NCBI GenBank assembly: GCA_039024555.1
Contig: JBCCQQ010000039.1
Coordinates: 1-58,940 of the forward strand
Reading direction: 5' to 3'
DNA from: Cyanobacteria bacterium P01_D01_bin.156
GTDB taxonomy: Bacteria > Cyanobacteriota > Cyanobacteriia > Phormidesmidales > Phormidesmidaceae
DNA length: 58,940 nucleotides
In this document: in pieces, positions 1-10,904 of the stretch
Position numbering within the stretch: position 1 is the stretch's first letter
Layout of the letters: every line of letters begins with the position of its first letter
Notes under the pieces: model-generated
Seen by the model: only the letters and a program-made list of their open reading frames with translations
Database searches by the model: none
What the model was told of the DNA's origin: nothing
Made by a program: the position numbers and the translations under genes

Positions 1-76
1 CAATCCAAAGGGGATGACGCGTACCTCTGGCTTTGCGGTAATCGGGAATCGTTTGTAACGCTTCTATCAGAGTCAT
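1..76 (-). CDS. ISAs1-family transposase, N-terminal fragment (runs off window)
   Basis: Manual translation from ATG 76: MTLIEALQTIPDYRKARGTRHPLWI, matching the 'L..IPD.R..RG.RHPL' start of ISAs1 (DDE_Tnp_1-associated) transposases. Not in the ORF track because it is truncated. Confidence 0.8.
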   Translation of the reverse strand, partial: MTLIEALQTIPDYRKARGTRHPLWI

Positions 77-141
77 CACTCAACAGTCGAGATAAGATAG
101 CTCTATTCTGCTTTTTATCCCGTCACATTGAATCAACCCTG
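1..141 (-). mobile_element. ISAs1-family insertion sequence, left end (continues beyond window)
   Basis: Minus strand from 141 reads CAGGGTTGATTCAATG, resembling ISAs1-type terminal inverted repeats, followed by a transposase start at 76. Confidence 0.8.
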
Positions 142-220
142 CTACGGGCACTGCTCTAAATGGGTATAGTGCCTCTCATATGGTTTTGTTCGTGGTGGTT
201 TCCAGGACTTAGGCTTGATT

Positions 221-2257
221 ATGAAACAGTCTTTTGGTTCAATCTGGAATTTCTGCAGTCAGAAATATTTGTCGCTGCTAGGAGGGGCTGTTACTGTGGT
301 CACTCCCTTCTTGGTAGCTGCTCCATCTGTGGCGGGTGTGAGTCAAACAGAGGTTTGTGATGTCCTTGTGGCAGGTGGTGGTTTAGCAGGTGTGGCAACA
401 GCCTATGAGAGTTTGCATGCAGGTCGCACTGTTTGCTTAACAGAGTTGACGGATTGGTTGGGAGGTCAGTTGACTGCTCAGGGGACAACTGCTTTAGATG
501 AAGCAAGACGTCAACGTCAGTTGAATTTTTATGCCTCAGGCTATAAGCAATTGCGACAGCATGTCCTAGACCGCTATGGGCGGCAAAATCCTGGAGATTG
601 TTGGGTGAGTGCTGTTTGTTTTTTACCCAAGGACGCCCATGAGATTTTGGTGGATATGTTAAATGAGGCATCTGATCAAGGTGGTGGACAGCTGAAATGG
701 TTTCCCTCAACGGTAATTAAAGAATTGCAGATCGAAGATGCGATGGTAACGGGTGCGATCGCAATCCAACACCGTCCAGCACTGGGTACGTCTCCGCTGA
801 ATACAGAGCCTCTTTCTCAATACATTGAAGATGCCTATCGCTACGAAGATTCTGAGCGTCTGGCTAAAACAGTGATTCAATTTCAGCCCAGTGGTCATGA
901 TGGGCCAGCTGATTGGTATGTTGTTGAAGCCACTGAAACAGGAGAGCTTATTGCTTTATCTGGGATTCCCTATCGCTTAGGTCTAGATCCTATCTCGTTC
1001 CTAAATCCGTCGTCTCCATCGGTCACGGGAGATCCCTACTGTACTCAGGGATTCACTTACACCTTTGCTATGGAACGAACGGCAGCAGCCCAGCCTCAGG
1101 AGAAACCGGATTACTATGATATTTATGCTCCCTACTTTAGCTTTGAGCGTGAGCGCGACAACATTAATTACATTGATTTTGTCTTTACCTATCGTCGGAT
1201 TTTAGCGCCCGGCAAACGGCCTGAGAAACGTATTTTTGGCGTTAGTGATATTCAACCTGGTGATATCTCGATGCAAAACTGGACCTGGGGCAACGACTAT
1301 CGTCCAGGGACATCAGTAGATAACCTAATTTACTCGGCTGAACAGCTAGAATCGACAGGACAGCTGGAGCCTGGAGGCTGGCTGGGTGGTTTACGGGTGG
1401 ATACCCTACGACGGGGCGAAAAAAATGCCTTTAGCTACTACTACTGGCTGGTTACGGCTTTGACCGATTCCCAACTAGGCTATGGCACTCGCGATGTTGA
1501 TCCGCATCATCGTTTCCTGAGCGGTTTTGATGCTCCCATGAATACGGCCCATGGACTGTCTAAACATCCTTACATGCGCGAAGGTCGTCGCATCGTTGGG
1601 CGTCCTGCCTATGGGCATCCAGATGGATTCATGATTAATGAGATCGATATTTCTCGTGTTGATTATAACGATGAGTATTATCAGACCCAGCTGCCAGCAG
1701 GTATGTATCTCTCTCTTAGACAAGCGTTGGCAGGGTTGGAAACAACAGCTGCGATCTCATCAGAACAATCGGCGAACGATATTCCTCGGCGTACTCGCTC
1801 AACGATATTTCCTGATTCTTTAGGTATTGCCCAATACGCTATCGACTTTCACCCCTGTATGCAGTTTTCTCCACCAGAACTGCCAGGCAATATTGAACGA
1901 GAAGGTGTGCGGCGTGCCCACGGGCAAAGCTATCCTGGACAAATTCCCCTGAGGGCGATGATCCCTCAAAAAATCGATAATTTGTTAGTGGCCGGTAAGA
2001 GTATTGCGACTAGCACCATTGCTGCGGCTGCTTACCGTGTGCATTCCTTTGAGTGGTCTGTGGGTGTGGCGGCAGGCGCAACGATTGACTATGCTCTAGA
2101 GAATCAGGTGTTGCCATACACCCTTGTGGATGAATTGCCTCGCCCTGAACCGGGCCTGGAGGAGTTGCAAAAACGACTGCAAGAGCGTGGTAATCCTATC
2201 GCTTTTCCTGATACGTCCATATTCAATCAAGATTGGGAGGACTGGCGAGTCTGGTAG
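221..2257 (+). CDS. FAD-dependent oxidoreductase (FAD_oxidored family) with N-terminal export-like segment
   Basis: DVLVAGGGLAGVATA Rossmann motif, WLGGQLT, ATETGEL, YMREGRRI, IPLRAMIPQKIDNLLVAGK. ATG at 221 preferred over TTG at 215. Confidence 0.85.
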   Translation: MKQSFGSIWNFCSQKYLSLLGGAVTVVTPFLVAAPSVAGVSQTEVCDVLVAGGGLAGVATAYESLHAGRTVCLTELTDWLGGQLTAQGTTALDEARRQRQLNFYASGYKQLRQHVLDRYGRQNPGDCWVSAVCFLPKDAHEILVDMLNEASDQGGGQLKWFPSTVIKELQIEDAMVTGAIAIQHRPALGTSPLNTEPLSQYIEDAYRYEDSERLAKTVIQFQPSGHDGPADWYVVEATETGELIALSGIPYRLGLDPISFLNPSSPSVTGDPYCTQGFTYTFAMERTAAAQPQEKPDYYDIYAPYFSFERERDNINYIDFVFTYRRILAPGKRPEKRIFGVSDIQPGDISMQNWTWGNDYRPGTSVDNLIYSAEQLESTGQLEPGGWLGGLRVDTLRRGEKNAFSYYYWLVTALTDSQLGYGTRDVDPHHRFLSGFDAPMNTAHGLSKHPYMREGRRIVGRPAYGHPDGFMINEIDISRVDYNDEYYQTQLPAGMYLSLRQALAGLETTAAISSEQSANDIPRRTRSTIFPDSLGIAQYAIDFHPCMQFSPPELPGNIEREGVRRAHGQSYPGQIPLRAMIPQKIDNLLVAGKSIATSTIAAAAYRVHSFEWSVGVAAGATIDYALENQVLPYTLVDELPRPEPGLEELQKRLQERGNPIAFPDTSIFNQDWEDWRVW

Positions 2258-2267
2258 AAACAAGAAA

Positions 2268-2288
2268 GGGCAGGTATGACACCTGCCC
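2268..2288. terminator. Hairpin between convergent genes
   Basis: GGGCAGGT-atgac-ACCTGCCC 8-bp stem; upstream A-rich run would form a U-tract on the minus strand. Confidence 0.6.
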
Positions 2289-2331
2289 CAATAAGAGTGT
2301 TTGTAGTGATTTAAGGAAAAAGCAATCTCAA

Positions 2332-2766
2332 TTAGACTGCGTAGTTGCCAATGATGGCTGCTAGGTCAGGGATAGCGGCCTCAACATCATTTTTGACAGA
2401 TTTCCGCAATTTTTTATAAGTTGCACTGACCACCCCGTTATTACTTTTTTCAATGCGGGAGTCAGTCACACTCAAAATGCTATCGGCAGTGCGATCTTTG
2501 TTCTCGCTTAGATATTGCACCGGATCGCCTTTGGCCGTACCTTCTTGCCAGATAGGATCGATTGCTTCACAGGCTTCGGGGAGGATGCGGCTAAGGGCTC
2601 CTGGAATATAACTAGCGCCAACGCCTTTAATGACACCATAGGCGGTTTTCATAGCCATACCAGACAGACCACCCTTTGTGGAGACCTGTTGATCAATCAA
2701 TTTGGTGCATTCAGCGACAATATTGGCGCGCACAGCCTCATCTTGAATTTTTTCGCTTAATCCCAT
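2332..2766 (-). CDS. Conserved hypothetical protein (DUF6918-like)
   Basis: From ATG 2766: MGLSEKI...LIDQQVSTKGGLSGMAMKTAYGVIKGV...ADSILSVTDSRI, resembling DUF6918 proteins. Confidence 0.65.
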   Translation of the reverse strand: MGLSEKIQDEAVRANIVAECTKLIDQQVSTKGGLSGMAMKTAYGVIKGVGASYIPGALSRILPEACEAIDPIWQEGTAKGDPVQYLSENKDRTADSILSVTDSRIEKSNNGVVSATYKKLRKSVKNDVEAAIPDLAAIIGNYAV

Positions 2767-3061
2767 GGTTCTACCTAAGTAATCAATATAGAGTTCGAAC
2801 GTTACTGACGGATGGAACCATCTGTAAGAACGGCCTAAATGCATTCTTTATAGGCTGGTTTCCTGTTTCAATCAGCAACGGTATATTTATTGCTGCTGGT
2901 GGAAAGGTGATCGGTAAATATGCAACTGGTGCCTGAGCATAACGTGCACTGACTCCACACAATATCAACAGCAGTCGTTCTAATTCGTAGTGAATTATTG
3001 TCTCTACTATTGTTCCAGCTTGCTCGATTTCCTCAGGTTTCTTTGCTAGATCTTTATAGCT

Positions 3062-3676
3062 TTATGCTAAGAGCAGTGCAAATAAACCACAGAGAGCAAT
3101 GCCATCGAAAACACCGGCACCACCAATACTTAAAGTGCCCGATGATAAACGCTCAATTTCCTTAAGGTGTAATAAGTCTGCCCCGATAAGTGTGCCGAGG
3201 ATGCCTCCGGCAAACGCTACGCTGGGAGCTGCGATCGCACCAAATAGCCAGGCACAAATCACAGCTGTTAAGGGTGCAACCATGGCATTCATACGGATGC
3301 CGATGTTTGGTACCACCTGGGCTGCGTAATAACTGACAGCGCTAACGATGACCGTGGTGGCAAGGATAGCTGCGACGTTGCCTCGGGTGAGCTGATACAG
3401 CGCCAAAACTATTGGAATTAGACCACCACCGACATTCAGGGCAACCGTAGTCGGTCGACGACTCCATGGCATGCCAACCACATGTAGCTGCTTTGCGTAC
3501 AGCGGAATATTAACGGTGCTACCAATCACCACTCCAGCTAACAGTAATAAGGCGACGCTAGGAGAAAAACCAAGTTTGGCTACAGCCAAGGTCACAATGT
3601 CCATGGTTAACCCGGTAACTATCACGGGTAGAAGCAGCATGGTGAATAAAAACAGGACTACTGGTAAAACAATCAT
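3062..3676 (-). CDS. DUF1614 membrane protein
   Basis: GSTVNIPL, ALNVGGGLIP, GTLIGADLLHL and SIGGAGVFDGI are DUF1614 signature motifs. Confidence 0.85.
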   Translation of the reverse strand: MIVLPVVLFLFTMLLLPVIVTGLTMDIVTLAVAKLGFSPSVALLLLAGVVIGSTVNIPLYAKQLHVVGMPWSRRPTTVALNVGGGLIPIVLALYQLTRGNVAAILATTVIVSAVSYYAAQVVPNIGIRMNAMVAPLTAVICAWLFGAIAAPSVAFAGGILGTLIGADLLHLKEIERLSSGTLSIGGAGVFDGIALCGLFALLLA

Positions 3677-3878
3677 GGTTTTGCGATTTCTTTGGGCGAC
3701 GATGGAGCCTGAAGCGACTCACAACTTTTGTGGCACATATTCAGTGTGGCGCTGATATGCTTGGCCATGAAGTAGAAAACCCCGTAATCCTTAAGGCGGG
3801 TATTCCTTGACATGACTGGTGTTGTCGTCCGTATAGTACGCTGATAAACCCAGCTGTTTCGTTTTCGGCCCTATCACC

Positions 3879-5327
3879 ATGTCTGTTCGTGTTCGGATTG
3901 CTCCGAGTCCTACTGGTAACCTCCACATTGGTACCGCTAGAACTGCTGTATTTAACTGGCTGTTTGCCCGCGCCCAGGGTGGGCAGTTCATTCTACGTGT
4001 GGAAGATACAGACCTAGAGCGCTCCAAGCCCGAATACACCCAGAACATTATGGAAGGTCTGCAATGGCTAGGTCTTAACTGGGATGAAGAGCCGGTGTAT
4101 CAAACCCAGCGCATGGGGCTATATCAACCAAAAATTCAAGAACTGTTGGATCAAGGATTGGCCTACCGTGCCTATGAAACTCCTGAAGAATTAAATGCGA
4201 TGCGGGAGAAGCAAAAGGCCCGCAGCGAGGCTCCCCGTTATAACAATCAGCATCGTGATCTCACCCCAGAGCAAATTACTAGCTTTGAAGCGGAAGGTCG
4301 TCAGGCCGTGATTCGTTTCAAAATTGATGATGACCGCGATATTACTTGGAATGATATGGTGCGCGGTCCAGTTCAGTGGAAAGGACGAGACTTAGGTGGA
4401 GACATGGTCATTGCCCGAGCATCCTCTAGTACGGAGATTGGTCAGCCTCTCTATAATTTTGTAGTGGTGGTCGACGATGCAGACATGGGCATTACCCATG
4501 TGATTCGTGGTGAAGACCATGTGGGTAATACTCCCAAGCAAATTTTGCTCTATGAAGCCATGGGTATGCCTGTACCCCAGTTTGCGCATACACCACTGAT
4601 TCTCAACGAAAAAGGAGCCAAGCTATCTAAGCGAGATGGCGTTACCTCTATTTCTGATTTTCAGGCCATGGGCTTTACAGCGGCATCCTTGGCAAACTAT
4701 ATGACCCTTTTAGGGTGGTCAGCGCCTGAAGCCCAGGAACTATTTACGCTGGAGGAAGCGGCGAAGCTGTTTAGTTTTGATCGGGTAAATAAGGCTGGGG
4801 CTAAATTTGACTGGGATAAGCTGGACTGGATTAACAGTCAGTATCTCCATAAAACCTCTTCAGAGGAACTGCTGGATATGATGGTTCCTTATCTAAAAGA
4901 AGCGGGATATGACTTTGATCTCACGAGCGATCGCGAATGGTTGCTCAAATTGGCAGCCCTTGCCGGTCCCAGTTTGACCCGACTTAAAGACTGCGTTGAG
5001 CTCAGCCGCTTTTTCTTTACACCCACCATGGATTTTGCTGAGGCAGCGGTAGAACAGCTTAAAAAAGAAGGCGTAGCGGATGCCATGCAGGCTGTTTTAG
5101 AGGCATTAAAAGAACAAGGGAATTTAGTTGAACCCACTGATGCTAAGGGGCTAATCAACAAAGTGGCCAAGGCATTAGGTGTGAAAAAAGGCCTAATTAT
5201 GAGATCCCTGCGGGCAGCACTGATGGGAGATATGCAAGGCCCTGACCTGGCAGAATCCTGGGTCATTCTAAACCACCGTGGGTTTGACCAAGGTCGTCTG
5301 GCAGCTGCGGTTTCGATTGGCCGCTAA
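3879..5327 (+). CDS. gltX: Glutamate--tRNA ligase
   Basis: [13 protein letters not shown] (HIGH), [24 protein letters not shown] (KMSKS). Confidence 0.97.
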   Translation: MSVRVRIAPSPTGNLHIGTARTAVFNWLFARAQGGQFILRVEDTDLERSKPEYTQNIMEGLQWLGLNWDEEPVYQTQRMGLYQPKIQELLDQGLAYRAYETPEELNAMREKQKARSEAPRYNNQHRDLTPEQITSFEAEGRQAVIRFKIDDDRDITWNDMVRGPVQWKGRDLGGDMVIARASSSTEIGQPLYNFVVVVDDADMGITHVIRGEDHVGNTPKQILLYEAMGMPVPQFAHTPLILNEKGAKLSKRDGVTSISDFQAMGFTAASLANYMTLLGWSAPEAQELFTLEEAAKLFSFDRVNKAGAKFDWDKLDWINSQYLHKTSSEELLDMMVPYLKEAGYDFDLTSDREWLLKLAALAGPSLTRLKDCVELSRFFFTPTMDFAEAAVEQLKKEGVADAMQAVLEALKEQGNLVEPTDAKGLINKVAKALGVKKGLIMRSLRAALMGDMQGPDLAESWVILNHRGFDQGRLAAAVSIGR

Positions 5328-5429
5328 TATCGCCTTTCCTTAGGCAGCTACTTTCATCAACGTTGGCTGCGCTATTCGATATTTGAGGTGTTCAATTCGT
5401 AACGTAATTGCTTGTATCTGAGAAATTAC

Positions 5430-5447
5430 GTTACATTTAGTAAACAA
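5430..5447 (+). promoter_or_regulatory. Probable HLR1 (RpaB-binding) site upstream of ftsH
   Basis: GTTACATT-ta-GTAAACAA fits the HLR1 direct repeat (G/T)TTACA(T/A)(T/A)-N2-(G/T)TTACA(T/A)(T/A) with mismatches in the second half; ftsH2 is a high-light-responsive gene. Confidence 0.6.
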
Positions 5448-5690
5448 TGTAGCTATTAAAACTGCATTCACTTAATGAGTTCTATTCCGAACCCATTGAG
5501 CGGTGCATGTGTTCTAGGTAGCACACTTAAATTCGAGGTTTTGCCGACTCTGCAGTGAGAGCTTCTCTTCAAACAGTTGACTATCAGCTGATCTAAGGGA
5601 TGAATTCAATCTATAAGTGTCAGCAGTAGCCGATAAAAATTACGCGGCAGCGTAGTTAGGAATGTTAATTACAAACGAGGCCACCGAGAT

Positions 5691-7583
5691 ATGAAGCTTT
5701 CTTGGAGAGTCATTCTGCTCTGGACATTGCCAGCTCTATTAATTGGGTTTTTCTTCTGGCAAGGTTCCATGGGTGGGGACCCCGCAAATATGAGTCGCAA
5801 TACGGCTAGCACCCGTATGACCTATGGTCGTTTTCTAGATTATCTAGAGGCTGGTCGGGTGACTGCAGTTGACCTTTATGACGGTGGTCGTACGGCCATT
5901 ATTGAAGCCGTTGATCCTCAGCTGGATGATCGGGTAATGCGCTGGCGTGTGGATCTACCTGGTAGTGCTCCTGAGCTTGTTGAGCGTCTACGCGACTCTG
6001 ATATTAGCCTTGACTCCCATCCCCCTCGCAACGATGGAGCGGCCATTGGCATTTTGGGTAACTTGTTGTTCCCCTTCTTGTTGATTGCTGGTTTATTCTT
6101 CCTGTTCCGTCGTTCCAACGGTGGTGTTGGCGGTGGCCCTGGCCAAGCAATGAATTTTGGTAAGTCCAAGGCTCGCTTCATGATGGAAGCAAAGACCGGC
6201 GTCATGTTTGATGACGTGGCTGGTATTGACGAAGCTAAGGAAGAACTGCAAGAGGTCGTTACGTTTCTGAAGAAGCCTGAGCGCTTTACTGCAGTTGGTG
6301 CTCGTATTCCTAAGGGTGTTTTGCTGGTCGGCCCTCCTGGAACCGGTAAAACTCTTTTAGCAAAAGCGATTGCTGGTGAAGCGGGTGTTCCTTTCTTTAG
6401 TATCTCTGGTTCTGAATTTGTAGAGATGTTCGTGGGTGTGGGTGCTTCCCGCGTTCGCGACCTGTTCAAGAAAGCTAAGGAAAATGCTCCTTGTATCATC
6501 TTCATTGATGAGATTGATGCTGTAGGTCGTTCCCGCGGTTCTGGTATCGGTGGTGGTAATGACGAGCGTGAACAAACGCTTAACCAGATGCTCACCGAGA
6601 TGGACGGTTTTGAAGGTAACAGCGGCATCATTGTCATTGCGGCTACCAACCGTGTTGATGTTCTAGACTCTGCGCTGCTACGTCCTGGTCGCTTTGATCG
6701 TCAGGTATCCGTTGATCCACCTGATGTGAAGGGTCGTATTGAGGTTCTGGAAGTTCATGCCCGCAATAAGAAGCTGGGTGATGAGATTTCTTTGGATGCG
6801 ATCGCACGTCGTACTCCTGGCTTTACGGGTGCTGACCTAGCTAATTTGCTGAATGAGGCAGCTATTTTGACCGCCCGTCGTCGTAAGGAAGCGATCACTA
6901 TGCTGGAAATCGATGATGCGGTAGACCGTGTTGTCGCCGGTATGGAAGGAACTCCCTTGGTGGATGGTAAGAGTAAGCGTTTGATTGCCTATCACGAAGT
7001 TGGTCATGCCCTCATCGGTACTTTGGTTAAAGCCCACGACCCTGTGCAGAAAGTAACTCTGATTCCCCGTGGTCAAGCCCAAGGTTTAACTTGGTTTACC
7101 CCCAGTGAAGACCAAATGCTCATCTCTCGGGCACAGCTGTTGGCTCGTATTACCGGTGCTCTCGGTGGTCGTGCTGCTGAAGATGTCATCTTTGGTGATG
7201 CGGAAGTTACAACGGGTGCTGGTAATGACCTGCAGCAGGTAACTTCCATGGCCCGTCAGATGGTTACGCGCTTTGGCATGTCCAGTGAGTTGGGTGCTCT
7301 TGCTCTAGAGAATCCTCAGGGTGAAGTTTTCCTAGGCGGCAGCTGGGGGAATCGTTCCGAGTACTCCGAGACAGTTTCCAAGCGCATTGATGAACAGGTG
7401 CGCACCATTGTTGAAAAGTGCTACGACGATGCTAAGAGTCTAGTGCAAAAAAATCGTGCAGCTGTGGATCGGGTGGTTGACATTCTGATTGAGAAAGAAA
7501 CTCTTAATGGTGATGAATTCCGTCAGATTATTGCGGAGTACACCACTGTGCCTGAGAAAGAGCGGTTTGTACCTGTTCTCTAG
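5691..7583 (+). CDS. ftsH: ATP-dependent zinc metalloprotease FtsH (FtsH2-type)
   Basis: Two TM segments, [19 protein letters not shown] region, HEVGH zinc motif. N-terminus [14 protein letters not shown] and [12 protein letters not shown] are typical of cyanobacterial FtsH2. Confidence 0.97.
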   Translation: MKLSWRVILLWTLPALLIGFFFWQGSMGGDPANMSRNTASTRMTYGRFLDYLEAGRVTAVDLYDGGRTAIIEAVDPQLDDRVMRWRVDLPGSAPELVERLRDSDISLDSHPPRNDGAAIGILGNLLFPFLLIAGLFFLFRRSNGGVGGGPGQAMNFGKSKARFMMEAKTGVMFDDVAGIDEAKEELQEVVTFLKKPERFTAVGARIPKGVLLVGPPGTGKTLLAKAIAGEAGVPFFSISGSEFVEMFVGVGASRVRDLFKKAKENAPCIIFIDEIDAVGRSRGSGIGGGNDEREQTLNQMLTEMDGFEGNSGIIVIAATNRVDVLDSALLRPGRFDRQVSVDPPDVKGRIEVLEVHARNKKLGDEISLDAIARRTPGFTGADLANLLNEAAILTARRRKEAITMLEIDDAVDRVVAGMEGTPLVDGKSKRLIAYHEVGHALIGTLVKAHDPVQKVTLIPRGQAQGLTWFTPSEDQMLISRAQLLARITGALGGRAAEDVIFGDAEVTTGAGNDLQQVTSMARQMVTRFGMSSELGALALENPQGEVFLGGSWGNRSEYSETVSKRIDEQVRTIVEKCYDDAKSLVQKNRAAVDRVVDILIEKETLNGDEFRQIIAEYTTVPEKERFVPVL

Positions 7584-7648
7584 TGACGGCTTGTTATTGT
7601 CCTGAAAACGAATGTGGCCTAGTAGTTTTTAGGCACTGATATAAGAAA

Positions 7649-7685
7649 GCGATGAGTGCATTCCCTATGCCTCATCGTTTTTTTT
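7649..7685 (+). terminator. Rho-independent terminator after ftsH
   Basis: GCGATGAG...CTCATCGT stem followed by a T run. Confidence 0.75.
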
Positions 7686-7793
7686 AGTGTATAGGCTAGA
7701 GCTATGAGTAGGTTGCTACTTACTAAGGGGGACGGAAATACTTATGCGCAGTATTCTCTGAAGACCAAGCCAATTTATTGAGGATGAAAGCTA

Positions 7794-8867
7794 ATGCCTA
7801 CCTTGTATTTAGCGATTACTAATCATGGTTTTGGTCATGCGACTCGGGCGGCCTCAGTGGCGGCAACGTTGTTGAATCTGCGTCCTGATGTTGAGGTTGT
7901 CTTGGCAACAACAGCGCCTCAATGGTTGTTGCAGTCTTACCTGCCATCGGAGCGAGTTCACCATCGACCAGTCAGTTTTGATATTGGTGTCCTGCAAAGT
8001 GACAGTCTGACTATGGATATGGCTGGCACACTAGAAAAACTGCATTGGATTCAACAGCATCAGGCTGAAATTTTGGCACCGGAGGTTGAGTTCATTCGCA
8101 GTGCAAGCGTGGACTTAATCCTGGGAGATATTCCTCCGTTGTTGACACAGTTGGCAAAGGCGGTAGATTTACCCTGTTGGATGATGAGTAATTTTGGGTG
8201 GGATTTTATCTATCGTCCTTGGGGTGGAGAATTTGAAGCGATTGCCGACTGGATTGCCGATTGTTTTGCCGATTGCGATCGCCTTTTTCGGCTACCGTTC
8301 CATGAGCCTATGGCCGCGTTTCCCACCATCACCGATGTGGGTTTAACAGGTGGTACCCCAAAATGTTCTGCCGATGAACTGCGCTCCAGGTATGAAATCA
8401 TTGCCCCATTAGAACAAACTGTCTTGCTGACGTTTGGTGGTCTGGGGCTAGCACAAATTCCCTATGTTAAAGCGCTGGATGCTTATCCTGATCGGCAATT
8501 TCTCACGTTTGATCGTCATGCACCGGACTTACCCAATCTTGTCAAAGTAAAAGATCAGCAATTGCGACCTGTGGACATTATGGCTGTCTGCGATCGCGTT
8601 GTTTCTAAACCAGGCTACAGCACGTTTTCTGAAACCTGTCGTATGGGTCGAGGGTTGATCACGCTACCGCGAGAAGGCTTTGCAGAAGCTCCTGTTCTTT
8701 TGGCAGGTATTCAGCGTTATGCTTATCATCAAATTCTAGAGAGTGATGCCTTTTTTAACGGAGATTGGTCTTTTCTGGAACAACCCTTGCTTCCTCCTAC
8801 GGAAAGCCCGTTAGCCTGTGATGGTAATGAGGTCATCGCCCAAGCCATCAGTGATTATTTGGTTTAG
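7794..8867 (+). CDS. GT-B fold glycosyltransferase-like protein
   Basis: ITNHGFGHATR, LILGDIPP, SNFGWDFIY, VVSKPGYSTFSE. Confidence 0.8.
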   Translation: MPTLYLAITNHGFGHATRAASVAATLLNLRPDVEVVLATTAPQWLLQSYLPSERVHHRPVSFDIGVLQSDSLTMDMAGTLEKLHWIQQHQAEILAPEVEFIRSASVDLILGDIPPLLTQLAKAVDLPCWMMSNFGWDFIYRPWGGEFEAIADWIADCFADCDRLFRLPFHEPMAAFPTITDVGLTGGTPKCSADELRSRYEIIAPLEQTVLLTFGGLGLAQIPYVKALDAYPDRQFLTFDRHAPDLPNLVKVKDQQLRPVDIMAVCDRVVSKPGYSTFSETCRMGRGLITLPREGFAEAPVLLAGIQRYAYHQILESDAFFNGDWSFLEQPLLPPTESPLACDGNEVIAQAISDYLV

Positions 8868-9028
8868 GAGGCCTGATGTGCCTGGGTCTAGAAATGTTGT
8901 TTCTGCATACTAGCTGACTTGATGTCCCTGTAACTAGCAGCTGGATTCTGCTCTGCTTGTATAGCCAACTGTGGCTACTGATAACTGTCACGAGCACTAA
9001 TATTGTGAACTATGTGCGCTAGGCGATA

Positions 9029-10123
9029 TTAGGCCACCTGATGGCTAAATGTTTGTATGGGTTCAACCGTCTTCTTTTTAGTTGGGTAACCTGGAGGAAG
9101 TTGAGTGCACGTCAGAATCGCTGTGCTGAGATCAGTATCAGTGAGCTCTGTATGCCTCAGGTCCACATGGCTCAAATTTGCATTGCTAAAGTTTGCACCA
9201 CGCAAACAGGCTCCATATAACTGGGCTTTACTCAGGTTTGCACCACTCAGATTAGCACCCTGAAAATCAGTGTTTTCAAGATTAGCTTCATTAAAACGTG
9301 CATTACGGCAGTCTGCTTTTCGGAGACTGCTATGTTGTAATTGAGCCTGGCATAAATTTGCATCGACTAGGCTGGCGTTGTTTAAAACAGCATGTTTCAT
9401 CAATGCTTTGCTGAGGTTAGCCTGATTGAGGATGGTTAAGTTGAGATTTGCCATCGTAAAGTTCGCACCCTTGAGTAAGGCTCCTGTGAGCAGGGCACGA
9501 TCTAGGATAGCTCTGGAAAAATTCGTGTTGCAGCCATTGGTATCTTCCAAAATAGATTGAGGCAAATTAGCTTCTCGAAAATCTGCTGCTTCTAAGTTAG
9601 CCTTGCGAAGATTACTTTGTTGTAGGTTAGCGGTGTAAAAAATGCCACGACGTAAGTCCGCATAACTGAGATTGCAGCCATCTATCTGGGCCATACAAGC
9701 ATCGACAGATTGTAAGGACGCTTCGCAGAAATTACTCTCACTAAAGCTAGCTTCCCGTAAGTTACTACCATGTAAGTCAGCCATGGAAAAGTGAGCTTTG
9801 GGAGCATTGACCCTAATTAGACTGGCATCTCGGAGATTAGCCTCCCGCATATCTACCCGATCCAACTGCGCCAAATCCAAACGCGCTTGGGATAAATTGG
9901 ATGTATAGAAGCTTGCTTGAGTCAGATTAGCTTGGAATAAGTTGGCTCCTGATAAGTTACTCAGACAGCTATCAACACCGCTCAGATTGATTCTAGGGAG
10001 TTCTGCGCGGATTAACAGTGCTTCTCTCAACAGGGGGGCGGGCTGATCTGCTTGGGCACGACGCCAGTGATTCCATGCAGCAACGCCTTGCATAATGAAA
10101 ACAATGGGATTAGAAGGCAGCAT
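9029..10123 (-). CDS. Pentapeptide repeat protein
   Basis: QGVAAWNHWR N-terminus followed by about 60 A(N/D)LXX repeats. Confidence 0.92.
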   Translation of the reverse strand: MLPSNPIVFIMQGVAAWNHWRRAQADQPAPLLREALLIRAELPRINLSGVDSCLSNLSGANLFQANLTQASFYTSNLSQARLDLAQLDRVDMREANLRDASLIRVNAPKAHFSMADLHGSNLREASFSESNFCEASLQSVDACMAQIDGCNLSYADLRRGIFYTANLQQSNLRKANLEAADFREANLPQSILEDTNGCNTNFSRAILDRALLTGALLKGANFTMANLNLTILNQANLSKALMKHAVLNNASLVDANLCQAQLQHSSLRKADCRNARFNEANLENTDFQGANLSGANLSKAQLYGACLRGANFSNANLSHVDLRHTELTDTDLSTAILTCTQLPPGYPTKKKTVEPIQTFSHQVA

Positions 10124-10423
10124 GCAAATCTGAAGTCCGTGGTAGTTTGCCTAAGTAGGCTTGAAAGCACAGTCGTTGCTGATTCTCGATGTGATTTCAT
10201 CGATTAAATAGCTATTCAACAGCGTCTTTGATGGATCGCGTGATCCTGAATATCAGCAACGACAAGCACCCAGTATGTCTAAGCTTAAGATTCCCTGTTA
10301 TCTAAGTAAGACAACGCTTAACCAAGGAAAACTTTAGCTTGTTTACAACAAGCTGAATACTCGTTCTTGGAGTCCTGATCTATGCTGAAAAACATCACAT
10401 ATCTCTACGGCAAGGGCATCACC

Positions 10424-10861
10424 ATGACTCCAGCTACATTACACCCTGTGCATTATCAATCGGTTTTAACCTTACAAACCCGGGGTAAGTCCTTGCAGCG
10501 ATTTACGATGCAGGTGCAAGACGCTGTGCGAGAGTCTCGTGTAAGTACCGGATTATGCTGTTTATTTTTACGCCATACGTCAGCCAGTTTGGTCATCCAG
10601 GAAAATGCGGACCCTGACGTCTTGGTGGATATGGAGGCTTTTTTATCTAAGTTGGTGCCTGAAGGAAATTATTATCACCACAGCGCAGAAGGTCCAGATG
10701 ATATGCCTGCCCATTTGCGCACGGCCCTCACCCATACTTCTGAGCAAATTCCCATCATGAATGGACGTTTAGCCTTGGGTACCTGGCAGGGGATTTACCT
10801 CTGGGAGCATCGCCAGCGAGGTTATCGTCGTGATGTGGTTGTTCACATTACGGGCATTTAA
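10424..10861 (+). CDS. yjbQ: YjbQ / UPF0047 family protein
   Basis: RHTSASLVIQENADPDV, EGPDDMPAH, LALGTWQGIYLWEHR. Start 10424 or 10382. Confidence 0.9.
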   Translation: MTPATLHPVHYQSVLTLQTRGKSLQRFTMQVQDAVRESRVSTGLCCLFLRHTSASLVIQENADPDVLVDMEAFLSKLVPEGNYYHHSAEGPDDMPAHLRTALTHTSEQIPIMNGRLALGTWQGIYLWEHRQRGYRRDVVVHITGI

Positions 10862-10904
10862 GCTTTACTGTTAAGTCTGCTGAAGAAAATGCCGAGGTGC
10901 AGAA

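Noticed and set aside
2780..3000. Yfr2-like sRNA (minus-strand GAAACAGGAAAC plus several small hairpins)
   Set aside because: The Yfr2 5' motif and the paired GGAAACA arrangement are not convincingly present, and the hairpins are short.
5918..6649. Long antisense ORFs (5918-6649, 4889-5266, 56095-56598 and similar)
   Set aside because: They are shadows of well-conserved genes on the opposite strand, with S/T/P-biased composition and no motifs.
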